From positions 15,208-79,207 of the forward strand of contig JAMOUX010000038.1 of the NCBI GenBank assembly GCA_027067855.1: 64,000 bases of DNA. Reading direction: 5' to 3'. Position numbers and translations under genes: made by a program. Below, piece after piece: positions 27,379-38,777 of this stretch (positions are counted from its first letter, which is position 1; the number at the start of each line of letters is the position of its first letter). The notes below the pieces were generated by a model. It did no database searches. It saw only the letters and a program-made list of their open reading frames with translations, and was not told the origin of the DNA. Source of the stretch: Candidatus Fermentibacteraceae bacterium (GTDB lineage: Bacteria > Fermentibacterota > Fermentibacteria > Fermentibacterales > JCC-6).

Positions 27379-30300
27379 CGCCGATCTTCGCTCTGGGTAG
27401 TTTGACCGTGAATTTCGTGAAAGATCCGGGCACGGATTCCACCTCCAGTTTCCCTCCATGTTCCTCGGTTATGATGAAGTAGGAGACGGAAAGGCCCAGG
27501 CCGGTACCCGTACCCACGTCCTTCGTGGTGAAGAACGGTTCGAATATTCTCCGGCGGACCTCCTCGGAGATGCCCGGGCCGTTGTCTTCGATTTCCACCA
27601 CGGCATAGTCGTCCTCTTCGTGTATCCCGATGGTGAAGGTCGGCCGCTCCGGCTTCCCCATGTTTTCGTGTGCTTCGTGCATGGCCTCGGTGCCGTTTTT
27701 CAGAATGTTGAGGAAAACCTGTTGTATCTTGCTGCGTTCGCAGGGCACAGGTTCCATCTCCGTGTCGTACTTCCTCACTATCCGGACCTGCTTGAAATCG
27801 AACTTTTTCTTCAGATCATAATCGTTGCCGGCGAGTTCTATCGTCTGGTCCATCAGTTCCCTCAAGTCGACCGGGGAGGGTGTCGAATCTCCCTTCCTGG
27901 CAAAGTTGAGCATGTTTCGAACTATGGTCGCGGCCCTGGTTCCCGATTCGTGGATAAGCTTCAACTGAGTGATGATTCCCCGCTGCTCCAGGAATTTTCT
28001 CACCGTTTCCATCGTGGTTCCGGCCCGCCTGGCGGCCTCGTCGTTCCTGGGAGTGTCCATCAGCAGTCTTCTGAGTATGACCTCGGCGTTCTGCATCATG
28101 CCCGCCAACGGGTTATTGATCTCGTGAGCCATGCCGGCGGCGAGACCGCCTATGGAGAGCATCTTCTCCGAGAGTACCACCATGTTCTCCATGCGAACCT
28201 TTTCGGTTACGTCATCTATCCTTATTACCGCGCCGTCGGTTCCGTGGGTAAGCAGAGGAAATATGGTGACATCTTCCACCATGGTATTCCCGGGATCCGA
28301 AATGGTCTGTTTCGGAAGATACTGTATTTTCTTCGTTTTTATACTTTCCTTCGCCAGATCCCCGTACCCGTTCAACCATGGAACCACTTCGGCCAGGGGC
28401 TTGCCCATAGCTTTTTTCCCCGATATTCCGGTGCGTTTTTCCGCCTGGGAGTTCCACAGGGTTACGGTGCCGTTTCCGTCTATTCCCATGAGTACGCTGG
28501 GCATTGCATCGATGATGTTCTCCAGGTAGCGCCTCAGGTTCAGCAGTTCCCTTTCCATCCTCCTGGTTTCCGTGACGTCCATCATTTCACCAAGGATCAG
28601 GCAGTTGCCCTCAGCATCGAGGAAAGAGTCCACGTACACCACCACGTCCCTCGTTTCACCGTCTTTCCTTTGCATTACCAACTTGTAGCTCTTCCTCGGT
28701 ATCGGACCCTCGCAAGCGTTGCTGGTCCATTCCGACGTAACCCCGGCGCCGCCATCTTCGAAAAGCAATTCGATTTTCATCTCCAGGAGTTCATCCATGT
28801 GGTAGCCGGTGAGTCGGCACATGCGGTCGTTGGAGAAAACTATCCCGGAATTCACATTCATCAGGAATATTCCGGCGGGGGCGTTTTCCACCACGGATCT
28901 GAAGAGTATCTCACTTTCCCTCAGGCTCCTTTCCGCCCTGCTCCTGTCGGTGATGTCGAAACAGAAGGCCAGAATTTCCGTTATGCTGTCGAACTCGTCG
29001 GTCCGGCAGATGGAGTTCCATGAGATGACCCGTTTCTCCCCTGATTTTGTAGTCATGTTCATCTCGAAATCCCTTACGTGTCTTTCGGTGGAGATCCTGG
29101 CTATGAGATCCTCGACCCGACCGTGCCCGTCATCTGGGAACAGGGTTTTCCAGCAGTTCCTGCCCGCCAGTTTCCCGGCGGGATACCCCGTGGCTCTTTC
29201 ACACGCAGGATTCACGAAATTTATCATGCCCTCCGGAGATATGCCGAACACCATTACCGGGGTACTCTCGATTATGCTGGAGGAATAGTCACGCTCTTTT
29301 CGCAGAGCGTCTTCGATTTCCTTCAGGCGGGTGATATCAACCAGCATGCCGTTGAATGTCGTGTCTTCCTTTACGGTTTTCGGCATGGCCGCTCCCTTAA
29401 GCCACATGATGTCACCGTCGGGTTTTATGAAGCGGAACTCATGTTCCCAGGGTAGCTTTCGGCGGATGGAGTGTTCCATCAGTACCCGGAAAAGCCCCAG
29501 GTCATCCGGATGTACTCTTTCCAGGAACCTGTCGAAGAAGCCGTCCAGTTCCGGAGATATTCCCAGGAGATCTCTGATTTTACCCCTGATAAAACGCAGG
29601 GAGTAATCATTTTCCGGGGAGACATGGAACTGAAATATCACTCCCGGAACGCTCTCCGTTATATCCAGCACTTTCTGTTCGCTCTCCTGCAGGGCTTCCT
29701 GCAGGGCCGTTTCCACGGATATGTCTTTCACCGTGGCCTGTATGAAGTGACCTTCCGGAGTATCGATCCTGGAGAGCAGGACGGTGGAGGGAAAGTTTTC
29801 ACCTTTGATCTTCTTGTGTGTCCAGTGGAAGAAATAGGAACCGTTTTCCAGGGCTGTTTCTATCATTTCCAGGGCTTTTTCCTTGGAAGGTCGTCCATCG
29901 GGCTGATACTCCGGGGAGAGGTTCCACGGGTTGAGGGAGAGGAATTCCTCCCGGGAGCCTATGCCGAAGAGTTCGAAAATGGCGTAATTCCCGGAGGTAT
30001 AGCGCCAGTCCGGGGGTTCCAGTATCATTACCGCATCCTGCGAGGATTCGAAGAGGGTCCTGTACATCATCTCGGAATGGGCCAGTTTCTTCTCGGAAGA
30101 GAGCTTATCCAGGGCGAAGGCTATGTCCATGGCGGCTTCCTGCAGCAGGGAGAGTTCGGTGTCGTCCGGTGGGGCCCGCCAGGCCAGGTCGACATACAGC
30201 ACTCCCACCACCGGCTCGCCTTGCCTGGGTCTCAGGGGAGTGACTATCCTGGGGTTGAAATCCGGCCCGTGGATTTCCAGGAAACGGCAGTCCTTGCAAT

Positions 30301-30919
30301 ATTCAACATCTTGGATGGTTACGAGATTCCCGGTTTCCACCGCCTGGGACATGCAACGGGGGAGTTTTTCAGCGAGAAGTTCCTTCTCCGGGAATGAACT
30401 GATACCGGCTTGGGCGAGCTTGGTTACATCGCCCTGTTCGTTTATCAGAGCTATGGCGCAGTCACGGTAACCCCTTGCTTCCAGGAGTATGGAACATGCC
30501 TTGTCCGGCAAGACTTCGCCGTCGCTTTCCTGGACTATCATCTGGTTCAGGTTCCTGATGGCGAGAAGTAACGAATTGAGCCTGGCGATCCTCCGGGAGG
30601 AATCCTCTTCCTCCGGGATTGCATTTCCGCCGGGGAGATCGGCGACGACGGAAAGAGCGATCCGCATCGCGTCTTTCGTCATTTCGCGGGGCAACTCCAG
30701 GAGTCGGAAATTCCCGGAGAAGTCCGACAGACGGTAGAATCCTCCCTCCAGGAGGATCAAGCCCCGGGAGTCGTCGTTCAGGGTCTCGAGGAAAAGTGAA
30801 GCCTGCTCCCTGGAATCGGCGAGTATCACCAGCACAGGGGGCGTTCCTCCGGAGGAAGGAACGTACCGCGAAAACCCCGGAAACATTTTTCCGGCGATAC
30901 TGTAGAACGCTACGTTCAT
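27338..30919 (-). CDS. multi-PAS/GAF sensor histidine kinase
   Basis: 1193 aa. Several PAS-like repeats, H-box [11 protein letters not shown], and HATPase N/G boxes ([23 protein letters not shown]). Confidence 0.85.
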   Translation of the reverse strand: MNVAFYSIAGKMFPGFSRYVPSSGGTPPVLVILADSREQASLFLETLNDDSRGLILLEGGFYRLSDFSGNFRLLELPREMTKDAMRIALSVVADLPGGNAIPEEEDSSRRIARLNSLLLAIRNLNQMIVQESDGEVLPDKACSILLEARGYRDCAIALINEQGDVTKLAQAGISSFPEKELLAEKLPRCMSQAVETGNLVTIQDVEYCKDCRFLEIHGPDFNPRIVTPLRPRQGEPVVGVLYVDLAWRAPPDDTELSLLQEAAMDIAFALDKLSSEKKLAHSEMMYRTLFESSQDAVMILEPPDWRYTSGNYAIFELFGIGSREEFLSLNPWNLSPEYQPDGRPSKEKALEMIETALENGSYFFHWTHKKIKGENFPSTVLLSRIDTPEGHFIQATVKDISVETALQEALQESEQKVLDITESVPGVIFQFHVSPENDYSLRFIRGKIRDLLGISPELDGFFDRFLERVHPDDLGLFRVLMEHSIRRKLPWEHEFRFIKPDGDIMWLKGAAMPKTVKEDTTFNGMLVDITRLKEIEDALRKERDYSSSIIESTPVMVFGISPEGMINFVNPACERATGYPAGKLAGRNCWKTLFPDDGHGRVEDLIARISTERHVRDFEMNMTTKSGEKRVISWNSICRTDEFDSITEILAFCFDITDRSRAERSLRESEILFRSVVENAPAGIFLMNVNSGIVFSNDRMCRLTGYHMDELLEMKIELLFEDGGAGVTSEWTSNACEGPIPRKSYKLVMQRKDGETRDVVVYVDSFLDAEGNCLILGEMMDVTETRRMERELLNLRRYLENIIDAMPSVLMGIDGNGTVTLWNSQAEKRTGISGKKAMGKPLAEVVPWLNGYGDLAKESIKTKKIQYLPKQTISDPGNTMVEDVTIFPLLTHGTDGAVIRIDDVTEKVRMENMVVLSEKMLSIGGLAAGMAHEINNPLAGMMQNAEVILRRLLMDTPRNDEAARRAGTTMETVRKFLEQRGIITQLKLIHESGTRAATIVRNMLNFARKGDSTPSPVDLRELMDQTIELAGNDYDLKKKFDFKQVRIVRKYDTEMEPVPCERSKIQQVFLNILKNGTEAMHEAHENMGKPERPTFTIGIHEEDDYAVVEIEDNGPGISEEVRRRIFEPFFTTKDVGTGTGLGLSVSYFIITEEHGGKLEVESVPGSFTKFTVKLPRAKIGDEAHRLENSGHRR

Positions 30920-31068
30920 CTCTCCTCCACATTTGGATAGATAACCCGGTTGCGTATCGTTGTAAACCTCGCAAGTCGGGATAAAAAATCATTTCCGGAA
31001 TTTCCTTTTCAATTCCGACCGGCGGGTATATCTTCCATACTGCAAATTCAGAGAATGGGGGTTCTTAT

Positions 31069-34056
31069 TTGAAACTCACCGGTTATTCGATTTCCAGGCC
31101 AGTGGCGGTGACCGTGCTATCCGTGGTGGCGGGAATACTGGGTTCCATCGCCGTTTTCAAGATGCCTGTGGACCTGCTTCCCTCCGTGGAATATCCGCGG
31201 CTCACCGTGGAGACGACGTATCCGTCTTCCAGCCCGTTCGAGGTGGAAAGGCTGGTGACGGATCCCCTGGAAAACGCCCTTGCCGGGGTGCGTGGATTGA
31301 GGAGTTATTCTTCCAGGTCGTACGGTGACCGGAGCGTCATAACCCTGGAATTCGACTGGGGTATACGTATGGATTTCGCAAGGTTGGAGGTTCGCGAAAA
31401 ACTCGATATGGCGGCATGGTCCCTTCCCGATGGAGCCGGAAGACCTACCATCATAGATTACGACCCTTCCCGTCGGCCGTTCATGGAGATAGTAATGACC
31501 ATGGATTCCGGTGACTGGACCGAGGTTACCGACTTCGCCAGGAGAGTGGTGACCACCAGGATAGACCAGGCCGACGGGGTTGCCGGATGCGAGATACAAG
31601 GCGAAGCCGAACCGGCGGTATTCGTCCGCCTGAAAGATTGGGTGGTGGAAGAATCGGATCTGGACCCCGCCGCGGTGGCCATGGCCCTGCAGGGTTCGAA
31701 CGTTTCCATGGCCGGCGGGCTCGTAAGGGATGGGCAGAGGGAGTTTTTCCTGACCCTAGAGGGTGAATTCGTCAACCTGAAGGACGTGGAGAACACCGTT
31801 GTCGGTTTGCGGGAGAACACCCCCATCCTTCTTTCCCATGTTGCGGAGGTTTCTTTCGGAGAGATGCCGGTACGGGAACGGGCCAGTTACAACGGAAACC
31901 GGTGTCTCATCTTGCGGGTGAGGAAGATGGCCGAGGCCAACACGGTGGATGTGGCTTCCCGGGTCGAGAAACTGGTGGAAGAGTTGAATGGGGAGTACGG
32001 GTTTCTTCATCTGGACGTAGTCCAGAATGATGCCGTGTTCATAAAAGATGCGGTGGGGGAAGTAATCGAAGCCCTGGTGCTGGGAGGATTGCTGGCTTTC
32101 GGAATACTTTTTCTTTTTCTCAGGGACTGGAGAGGTCCGCTGGTTCTGGGACTTTCCCTTCCCCTCAGTGTTTCCATCGCCCTGTTCATGCTCTTCGCGT
32201 CGGGTGTTACTCTCAACATAATGTCCCTGGGTGGACTTGCCCTGGGTACGGGACTGCTGGTGGACAACGCCGTGGTGGTCCTGGAAGCGGTATACAGGCG
32301 GAGAGAGCGGGGTGAACGGGGACGGGAGGCCGCCCTGGGAGGTACCGCCGAGGTGGGCAGAGCCATCACGGCCAGTACTCTGACTACGCTGATAGTCTTC
32401 TTTCCGGTGGTATACATGGAGGGAGTGGTCAGCCGGCTTTTCCGGGACCAGGCTTTGGCGGTGGGTTTCGCCCTCCTGGCGAGTCTGCTGGTGGCCGTGA
32501 CCGTGGTGCCGGCCCTGGCGGCGAGAATGAGACGGACCGGTGGATTCGGCGATGTGACCATCGGCATGAAAAGAAGGTACGCCGGTATCCTGCGGAGAGT
32601 CCTGGCACGCCCTGTTCTGGTTCTTTCGATGACGGTGGTGCTGTTCGTCTTGTCGGTGATTGCTGGCCTGGGATTGCCGTCACAGCTGTTGCCTGCGACT
32701 CCCGTCCACCAGTTGGAGATAGCGTTCTCGGCTCCATTGGGTTCTTCTTTGCGCCAGATCGTGGAACTTTCCGGAGAAGCTTCGGAACTTGCCCTGGAAT
32801 CGGGAGCGTCGTGGGTTTCAGGTCGTTGCGGAGTTCGTTCTATGGAGGATGCAGATGCCGTTTTGAACGTATGTTACGATTCTCCGGAAGATGCTCTGCC
32901 GGCTATGGATGTTTTAAGGGATGCATGGAAAGGGATGTTTGATTTTCCCTTGTCGGTCGGAGAGAGAAAATCGCTCCTTGGAGAGATAATCGGAGGGGGG
33001 AATACCTTCACGGTGTTCGTAGAGGGCGACGATGTGGAGATGGACAGGTCGGCTGCCGAGTCTCTTGCATGTGCGATCGTCTCCATGCCCGACGTGGATG
33101 CGGCCGAAGTGGGGTACCGACCCGGAAGGCCGGAAATGGTATTCGACCTGGACAGAGAGTTGCTGCAGTTGTACGGGCTCTCCCCCTCGGATGTGGCCGA
33201 GTTTGTGGAGAGTCTGTCCAGAGGGATCGTGGCCACCACCTACTACAGGGAGGATGAAAGAATGAACGTCCTTCTGCTTGCAGGTGGAGGGGAAGGTATA
33301 CCGGTGGATTCGGTGCTCTCCCGGTCAATTCCAACTTCCCGGGGATTGCTTCGGCTTTCGAGGGTCGCCGTACCTGTCGAACGCAGCATTCCAGGTTACG
33401 TGGAACATGACCAGGGAAACCGGGCCGTGAGCGTGACCGTTCGCGGTTCGGGCAGCGATCTGGCGGGAGTGTCCGAAAAGGTTCAGGCCTTGGCGGATAC
33501 CATGTTCAGGAGAATGCCGGTAAGGCTGAGACATGGTGGTCAGGTCGAAGAGATGAAAAAGACCACCGCCGGTCTGATCATGGCTGCGTTGCTTGCGGTC
33601 GGCCTTGTGTATGTTTTGCTGGCGGTCCAGTTCGAGTCCTTCAGGGAACCTTTCGTGATAATGTTCACGGTCCCCATGGGTATCATCGGTGTGGTGCTGG
33701 GGCTTGCCGTCACCGGTCAGAGCTGGAACGCCCTGTCGGGCATCGGGCTCGTGGTGCTTTCGGGCATAGTAGTCAACGACGGCATACTTCTGGTGGAAAG
33801 GATAGGCCAGTTGCGCAGGAAAGGAATGGAACGGTTCGATGCCGTGGTCCGGGCTGGAATGGACAGGTTCAGACCGGTCCTGATGACCACGGTAACCACC
33901 GTGCTGGGCCTTCTCCCCATGGCGGTGGGATTCGGTTCCGGATCCAGCCTCCGCCGGCCCCTGGCCGTGGCCGTGATCGGTGGTATAACCGTTGCGACAG
34001 CCCTGACCCTGTTCCTCGTTCCGGTCTTGTATTCGGTTCTTTCCGGGAAGAGGTAG
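31069..34056 (+). CDS. RND efflux transporter permease (AcrB/HAE family), copy 1
   Basis: 995 aa. N-terminal SISRPVAVTVLSVVAGILG...LPSVEYPRLTVETTYP; 12-TM/2-loop layout. Confidence 0.85.
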   Translation: MKLTGYSISRPVAVTVLSVVAGILGSIAVFKMPVDLLPSVEYPRLTVETTYPSSSPFEVERLVTDPLENALAGVRGLRSYSSRSYGDRSVITLEFDWGIRMDFARLEVREKLDMAAWSLPDGAGRPTIIDYDPSRRPFMEIVMTMDSGDWTEVTDFARRVVTTRIDQADGVAGCEIQGEAEPAVFVRLKDWVVEESDLDPAAVAMALQGSNVSMAGGLVRDGQREFFLTLEGEFVNLKDVENTVVGLRENTPILLSHVAEVSFGEMPVRERASYNGNRCLILRVRKMAEANTVDVASRVEKLVEELNGEYGFLHLDVVQNDAVFIKDAVGEVIEALVLGGLLAFGILFLFLRDWRGPLVLGLSLPLSVSIALFMLFASGVTLNIMSLGGLALGTGLLVDNAVVVLEAVYRRRERGERGREAALGGTAEVGRAITASTLTTLIVFFPVVYMEGVVSRLFRDQALAVGFALLASLLVAVTVVPALAARMRRTGGFGDVTIGMKRRYAGILRRVLARPVLVLSMTVVLFVLSVIAGLGLPSQLLPATPVHQLEIAFSAPLGSSLRQIVELSGEASELALESGASWVSGRCGVRSMEDADAVLNVCYDSPEDALPAMDVLRDAWKGMFDFPLSVGERKSLLGEIIGGGNTFTVFVEGDDVEMDRSAAESLACAIVSMPDVDAAEVGYRPGRPEMVFDLDRELLQLYGLSPSDVAEFVESLSRGIVATTYYREDERMNVLLLAGGGEGIPVDSVLSRSIPTSRGLLRLSRVAVPVERSIPGYVEHDQGNRAVSVTVRGSGSDLAGVSEKVQALADTMFRRMPVRLRHGGQVEEMKKTTAGLIMAALLAVGLVYVLLAVQFESFREPFVIMFTVPMGIIGVVLGLAVTGQSWNALSGIGLVVLSGIVVNDGILLVERIGQLRRKGMERFDAVVRAGMDRFRPVLMTTVTTVLGLLPMAVGFGSGSSLRRPLAVAVIGGITVATALTLFLVPVLYSVLSGKR

Positions 34057-34059
34057 GCG

Positions 34060-37000
34060 TTGTCCCTTCCGGATCAAGTCCTGGAAAGACCCAGGGGAAC
34101 TCTGGTGGTGTTCGCCGCCCTGCTCTTGGTTGCCGTAATCTCCCTGGGAAGGGTGCCCATAGAAGGTACTCCGGATGCGACCCTGCCCAAGCTCAACGTC
34201 TCCATGACATGGCCTGGGGCCGACCCCGAAGTTCTGTGCGAACAGGTGACCCGTCCGGTGGAGGAAGCCGCCCGTGAGATCGACGGAGTAGTCGAGGTTT
34301 CGTCCACGTCATGGGCCGGGAGCGCCACCGTCACGGTTTCCTTCGAAAAGGGAACCGACATGGACGTGGCTTCCCTTAAATTGACCGAAAAGCTTTCCTT
34401 CTTGAAAGATGAATTGCCTGAAGCGGTATCGGTCTCAAGCATATCGCAGGCCGTTCCCAGGGAGCTGACCGGCGAAGGTTTTCTCGTGTATGCGATAACC
34501 GGAGCGGAAAGACCGGTGCTGGGCAAACTGGCGGAAGAGATCGTAATTCCCAGGTTGGAGCGGATTGATGGAGTCAGTTCAGTCATAGTTGAAGGTCTCG
34601 GGCGCCGGGAGATAGTAGTGGATCTGGACATGGATGTGCTGCATGCGTACGACCTGACCGTGGCTCAGGTGGCGAACGCCGTGCGTTTCGGGACGTTGGA
34701 TCGTAACGTGGGAGTAGTGACCGATTCATCCGGCCTGGAAGCGGTGCTCAGAATATCCACCGTTCCCGGTGACGTTACCGGACTTGGAGACATCGTGGTG
34801 GCCGGTGGGGCCGGCAGGTTCGTAAAACTTTCCGATGTGGCCGCCAGGATATTCGTGAGTTACGATGCCGGCGGTGAGTACATCTTCAGATACGACGGGA
34901 TGGACCAGGTATCTTTGCAGGTGGACAGGGCCACATCGAGCAATGCCGTGGCGGTCGCCCGGCGGGTTAAGGGTGTCGTGGAAAATCTGGCGGACGAATT
35001 GCCTTCCGGAGTTGAATTGCACCTCATCGAGGATGGAACCAGGGACATAATCGAGGATCTTCGCAACCTTTCCTGGAGAGCGCTGGTGTCATTATGCGCC
35101 ATATCCGTCATTCTGCTTCTCCTGAATGGAAGTCCTTTTTCGGCTCTCCTTATTCTCAGCTCGATACTTTTTTCGGCGGCACTGTCGGTGACGGCGGTGT
35201 TCCTGGCGGGATACAGCATAAACATTCTGACTATCAGTGCCCTGGCTATCGCTTTCGGGCTCCTTGTAGACGGCGCCGTGGTGGTACTGGAGTCGATAGG
35301 GTACCATCGCCGTAAGGGTCTTCCTCCCATCGAAGCCGCCCGGATCGGTGCCGAGGAGGTGGCGATACCGATCTTCGGAGGGATACTTACCACCGTTATC
35401 GCCCTGGTTCCTCTTCTTACCAGTGAAGGGGTGCTACGTCTTTACTACAAGCCTTTAATGTTTACCATAACGGCGACCTTGGCGGCCTCATACCTGGTGT
35501 GTCTCACCCTGGTTCCCTCGGTGGCCGGCCGCTGGCAGTCCGAAAAGTGGTACCGGGAGAGGAAGTGGGACAGGAAGCTGGCGCAATGGATCGCAACTCT
35601 TCATCACCGTTCCTGGGTACCCGTGGTGTTTACCGTACTGTTGGTGGCCGGGGCGGTCTGGGTTTTCGTCACGAAGGTGGAAAAAGGTAAGGAGTGGGGT
35701 TTCAGCTTCGAATCCGATTACGTAATGGTACGGGTGCAATACCCTCCGGGTACCCCCCGCGATGTAGTGGACAGGATCGCCGGGAAATTCGAGGAAATCC
35801 TTGCCGGAAGAGACGGTATCGAATCCACCAGAACCTCCGTAATGGGCGAATCCGCCATCATCTACGCGGTACTCACCGATGATGCTGTGGAAACCGGGTA
35901 CGGCCTCCGGATAGAGGCCGAGGCCCGGGCGCTGGCGATGTCCCTGGGAGGAATAAAGAGCATATTAGTGAAGGGGATGAATCCGGAACCCTATTGGAGA
36001 AGCAACAGTAGTGCGGGAATGATGCAGACCGTGGAGTTCAGGGGATACGACTACAGAGGTTTGAAAAACCTGGCCCTGGCTCTGAAGGAAGTGCTTGAGA
36101 AACATCCCAGGGTGGGAGAAGTCAGCGTAAACTGGAATCCGAGGATGCCGGAGCGTAACCAACTGGCTGTGGTCTTCGACAGGATGAAACTCGCCGATTT
36201 GGGGGTGAATCCTTACCAGGTGCTTCAAGCTCTCAGACTGGAACTCCCCGGTGGTTACGGGGCTGAGGTGCGGGTGGGCGAGGAAAGCATGGCGATGAGC
36301 TTCAGGTTGAACGGCAAGGAAGCTCCCGAACTCGACGGGATCCTGGAAGGCAGGGTGTTCACGAGCGGGGGTGCTATGGAACTGAGGGATCTGGTGGATA
36401 TCGACACCCTCGAGGTACCGGGTTTAGTGCGCAGGGAGAACGGGGAGTACGTGAGAACGGTGGCCTATTCTTTCCTCGGTGCGGAAAGAATGGCCTATAG
36501 GTTCAGGGAATCCCTGCTGGAAAATCTCGAACTCCCCCCCGGATACAGGATTTACGATGAGTCCTACATCCCGTTCTGGCTCCGTGAGAACGACACTGAT
36601 TTCGATCTTCTCGTGATAATGGCGATACTGGCGGTGTTCGCGGTTACCGCGGTGATATTCGAATCTTTCACGGCGCCGCTTTATATATTGGCCGTCATTC
36701 CCATGGCCCTGGTCGGGGTGGTGGCGGGGTACTGGATTTTCCACCGTGTGTTTTCGCCGCAGGCTTACGTTGGAAGCGTGTTCCTGGTTGGAATCGCAGT
36801 CAACAATTCCATATTACTGGTAGACAGTTTCCAGAAAAAGAAGAAGGCCGGCATGGAAGTATCCAAAGCGGCGGATCTCGTGGTGGAGGAAAGGCTGAGA
36901 CCCATACTCCAGACCAGCCTGACCACGGTGATAGGCTTGCTCCCCATGGTCCTGTGGCCTATGAAACAATCGGCCGACCTATGGGAGAATCTGTCATTTA

Positions 37001-37095
37001 CCGTGGTGTGCGGAATGGTGGTGTCGACTCCTCTGGTGCTGATTTCGCTTCCGGCTCTTATGCGGTTGACTACCCGGAAAGGTGATAGCAGATGA
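34060..37095 (+). CDS. RND efflux transporter permease, copy 2
   Basis: 1011 aa. TTG start 3 nt after the copy 1 stop. Has LPKLNVSMTWPGADPE and typical TM bundles. Confidence 0.85.
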   Translation: MSLPDQVLERPRGTLVVFAALLLVAVISLGRVPIEGTPDATLPKLNVSMTWPGADPEVLCEQVTRPVEEAAREIDGVVEVSSTSWAGSATVTVSFEKGTDMDVASLKLTEKLSFLKDELPEAVSVSSISQAVPRELTGEGFLVYAITGAERPVLGKLAEEIVIPRLERIDGVSSVIVEGLGRREIVVDLDMDVLHAYDLTVAQVANAVRFGTLDRNVGVVTDSSGLEAVLRISTVPGDVTGLGDIVVAGGAGRFVKLSDVAARIFVSYDAGGEYIFRYDGMDQVSLQVDRATSSNAVAVARRVKGVVENLADELPSGVELHLIEDGTRDIIEDLRNLSWRALVSLCAISVILLLLNGSPFSALLILSSILFSAALSVTAVFLAGYSINILTISALAIAFGLLVDGAVVVLESIGYHRRKGLPPIEAARIGAEEVAIPIFGGILTTVIALVPLLTSEGVLRLYYKPLMFTITATLAASYLVCLTLVPSVAGRWQSEKWYRERKWDRKLAQWIATLHHRSWVPVVFTVLLVAGAVWVFVTKVEKGKEWGFSFESDYVMVRVQYPPGTPRDVVDRIAGKFEEILAGRDGIESTRTSVMGESAIIYAVLTDDAVETGYGLRIEAEARALAMSLGGIKSILVKGMNPEPYWRSNSSAGMMQTVEFRGYDYRGLKNLALALKEVLEKHPRVGEVSVNWNPRMPERNQLAVVFDRMKLADLGVNPYQVLQALRLELPGGYGAEVRVGEESMAMSFRLNGKEAPELDGILEGRVFTSGGAMELRDLVDIDTLEVPGLVRRENGEYVRTVAYSFLGAERMAYRFRESLLENLELPPGYRIYDESYIPFWLRENDTDFDLLVIMAILAVFAVTAVIFESFTAPLYILAVIPMALVGVVAGYWIFHRVFSPQAYVGSVFLVGIAVNNSILLVDSFQKKKKAGMEVSKAADLVVEERLRPILQTSLTTVIGLLPMVLWPMKQSADLWENLSFTVVCGMVVSTPLVLISLPALMRLTTRKGDSR

Positions 37096-38126
37096 CGAGA
37101 ATATTTCTACCGACTATGATTGCCGTTTTCCTCGTCGCCGGCTGCGGAGAGGATACGGATCAGCAGGAACTGGACAGGCTGGAGCCCTCGCCCCTCCCGG
37201 TCACCGCGGTTGCTGCGGTGACAGACACCATTTTCCAGGTGGTGGCCGCCACAGGGAGAATTTCCTCCGCCAGGGTACAGGCGCTCACCGCCCAATTGCA
37301 GGGCGAGGTCGTACAGGCTCCCGAATGCGTGGGCGCTCCGGTGGAAAAGGGGGAAGTGGTATTCGGGATAGCGTCGGAGGAGAGCGCCTCCAGGCTATCC
37401 GCCGCCAATAGTGCTTACCGTAACGCTTTGGTCTTATACGAGTTCGAATGTTCGAACCATAGGGGCGAACTCACCGACGAGGTGAAGGAGATGCTGCGCC
37501 GGACCACCGGCCTGGCCGATGCCCGGGTAGCTCTGGAATCCGCCAGGTCGCAATACCGGAATTCCGTCATTACGGCTGGTTTCGACGGAGTGGTTTCCGA
37601 GGTTTCCGTAAGAGAAGGCATGATCGTTTATCCGGGCACGAGGTTGGGCAGTGTGATGGATCCGGAAAATATGCAGGTGGAGATATATTTCGACGAACGT
37701 GAATTGGCCGATTGCGCTCCGGGGATGCCGGCATTTGTGGAAGTGCCGTCCCTGGATGATTCCACGCTGAAAGGAACCGTCGCATCGGTGTCCCCGGTAA
37801 TCGACCCAGCCATCAGGGCCGGCAGGGTGGTGGTGAAACTTTCCCGGGTGCCGGGTATCAGGCCCGGGGCCACCGCCAGGGTCGAGGTAGTGACGGAAAT
37901 CCATTCCGATTGCCTGGTGATTCCGGTGGAGGCCGTACTGATCAGGGATGATCGCGATGTGGTATTCGTTATCCGGGATGGGAAGACCGACTGGAGGTAC
38001 GTAACTCTCGGACCCCGCGGGAGGGGTCTGGTTGCGGTGAAAGACGGTCTGGAACCCGGCGAGTTGGTGATAACTTCGGGGCACTATTCACTGGCCCACG
38101 ATGCTCCAGTGGTAGTGGTTGACTAA
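37092..38126 (+). CDS. RND periplasmic adaptor (membrane fusion protein, HlyD family) lipoprotein
   Basis: ATGA overlap with the upstream gene. Lipobox VFLVAGC. Barrel-sandwich and beta-barrel pattern (ITAGFDGVVSEVSVREG..., RAGRVVVKL). Confidence 0.8.
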   Translation: MTRIFLPTMIAVFLVAGCGEDTDQQELDRLEPSPLPVTAVAAVTDTIFQVVAATGRISSARVQALTAQLQGEVVQAPECVGAPVEKGEVVFGIASEESASRLSAANSAYRNALVLYEFECSNHRGELTDEVKEMLRRTTGLADARVALESARSQYRNSVITAGFDGVVSEVSVREGMIVYPGTRLGSVMDPENMQVEIYFDERELADCAPGMPAFVEVPSLDDSTLKGTVASVSPVIDPAIRAGRVVVKLSRVPGIRPGATARVEVVTEIHSDCLVIPVEAVLIRDDRDVVFVIRDGKTDWRYVTLGPRGRGLVAVKDGLEPGELVITSGHYSLAHDAPVVVVD

Positions 38127-38146
38127 ACCCGGTCCCGGGATCCGGT

Positions 38147-38632
38147 TCACTGCCTGTTTTTCACCAGCCTTATCGCTTCGCCGGACCTTATCACTGCCGA
38201 GTCGGGGCAGGAAAGGACGTTGCAGAAGGCTATGGCCTGGTGCGGATCCCTCCTGGGGTAGAGGTATGCGAGCACGGTGACTGCGTCTTCCCGGCAGGAG
38301 CAATTGGATAGTACATCGAGCCTGACGCCGCAGTGGGGACATGAGAAGATCAGGGGTTCGTCGGGGTTCACTTCGCCTTCCACGGACAGGTAGGCCGTAT
38401 CGCCCAGTACCGGGGAAACCGCAAGAAGTCCCTGTCCGCCTTTTTTGTCCTCGAACGACACCACTATGGCCGGGAAACCGGATACGATACGGTTTACATC
38501 CACCAGGTTGTGGCCTTCGGGGCAGTATACCGCGTTCACAACCACCGGGGCCTTGATTGCGACTTCTTCATGGGGCCTGCTCGGTTCCGGTATATTCAGT
38601 CTGCCGCTGCTGTCGAACATTTTTCCGGTCAT
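38147..38632 (-). CDS. hypothetical Cys-rich protein (CPEGH ... CPHCG zinc-ribbon-like motifs)
   Basis: 161-aa ORF with no competing gene. No family recognised. Confidence 0.45.
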   Translation of the reverse strand: MTGKMFDSSGRLNIPEPSRPHEEVAIKAPVVVNAVYCPEGHNLVDVNRIVSGFPAIVVSFEDKKGGQGLLAVSPVLGDTAYLSVEGEVNPDEPLIFSCPHCGVRLDVLSNCSCREDAVTVLAYLYPRRDPHQAIAFCNVLSCPDSAVIRSGEAIRLVKNRQ

Positions 38633-38777
38633 GGTGATCCTCCCGGGACATCAAGATATTCACGATATATTACTTCTGCGGTTGCATTGCAGTCGGAACG
38701 GTGCCGTCGCCTTTTAATTATGACTCGAGAATTTTCGATTTGCCAGTGATGATCATCAACGTGAGAGGAAGTTAGAC

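Noticed and set aside
27458-29023. 521-aa plus-strand ORF inside the histidine kinase gene.
   Set aside because: It is antisense to a kinase with clear PAS, H-box and HATPase motifs, and its composition is low-complexity.
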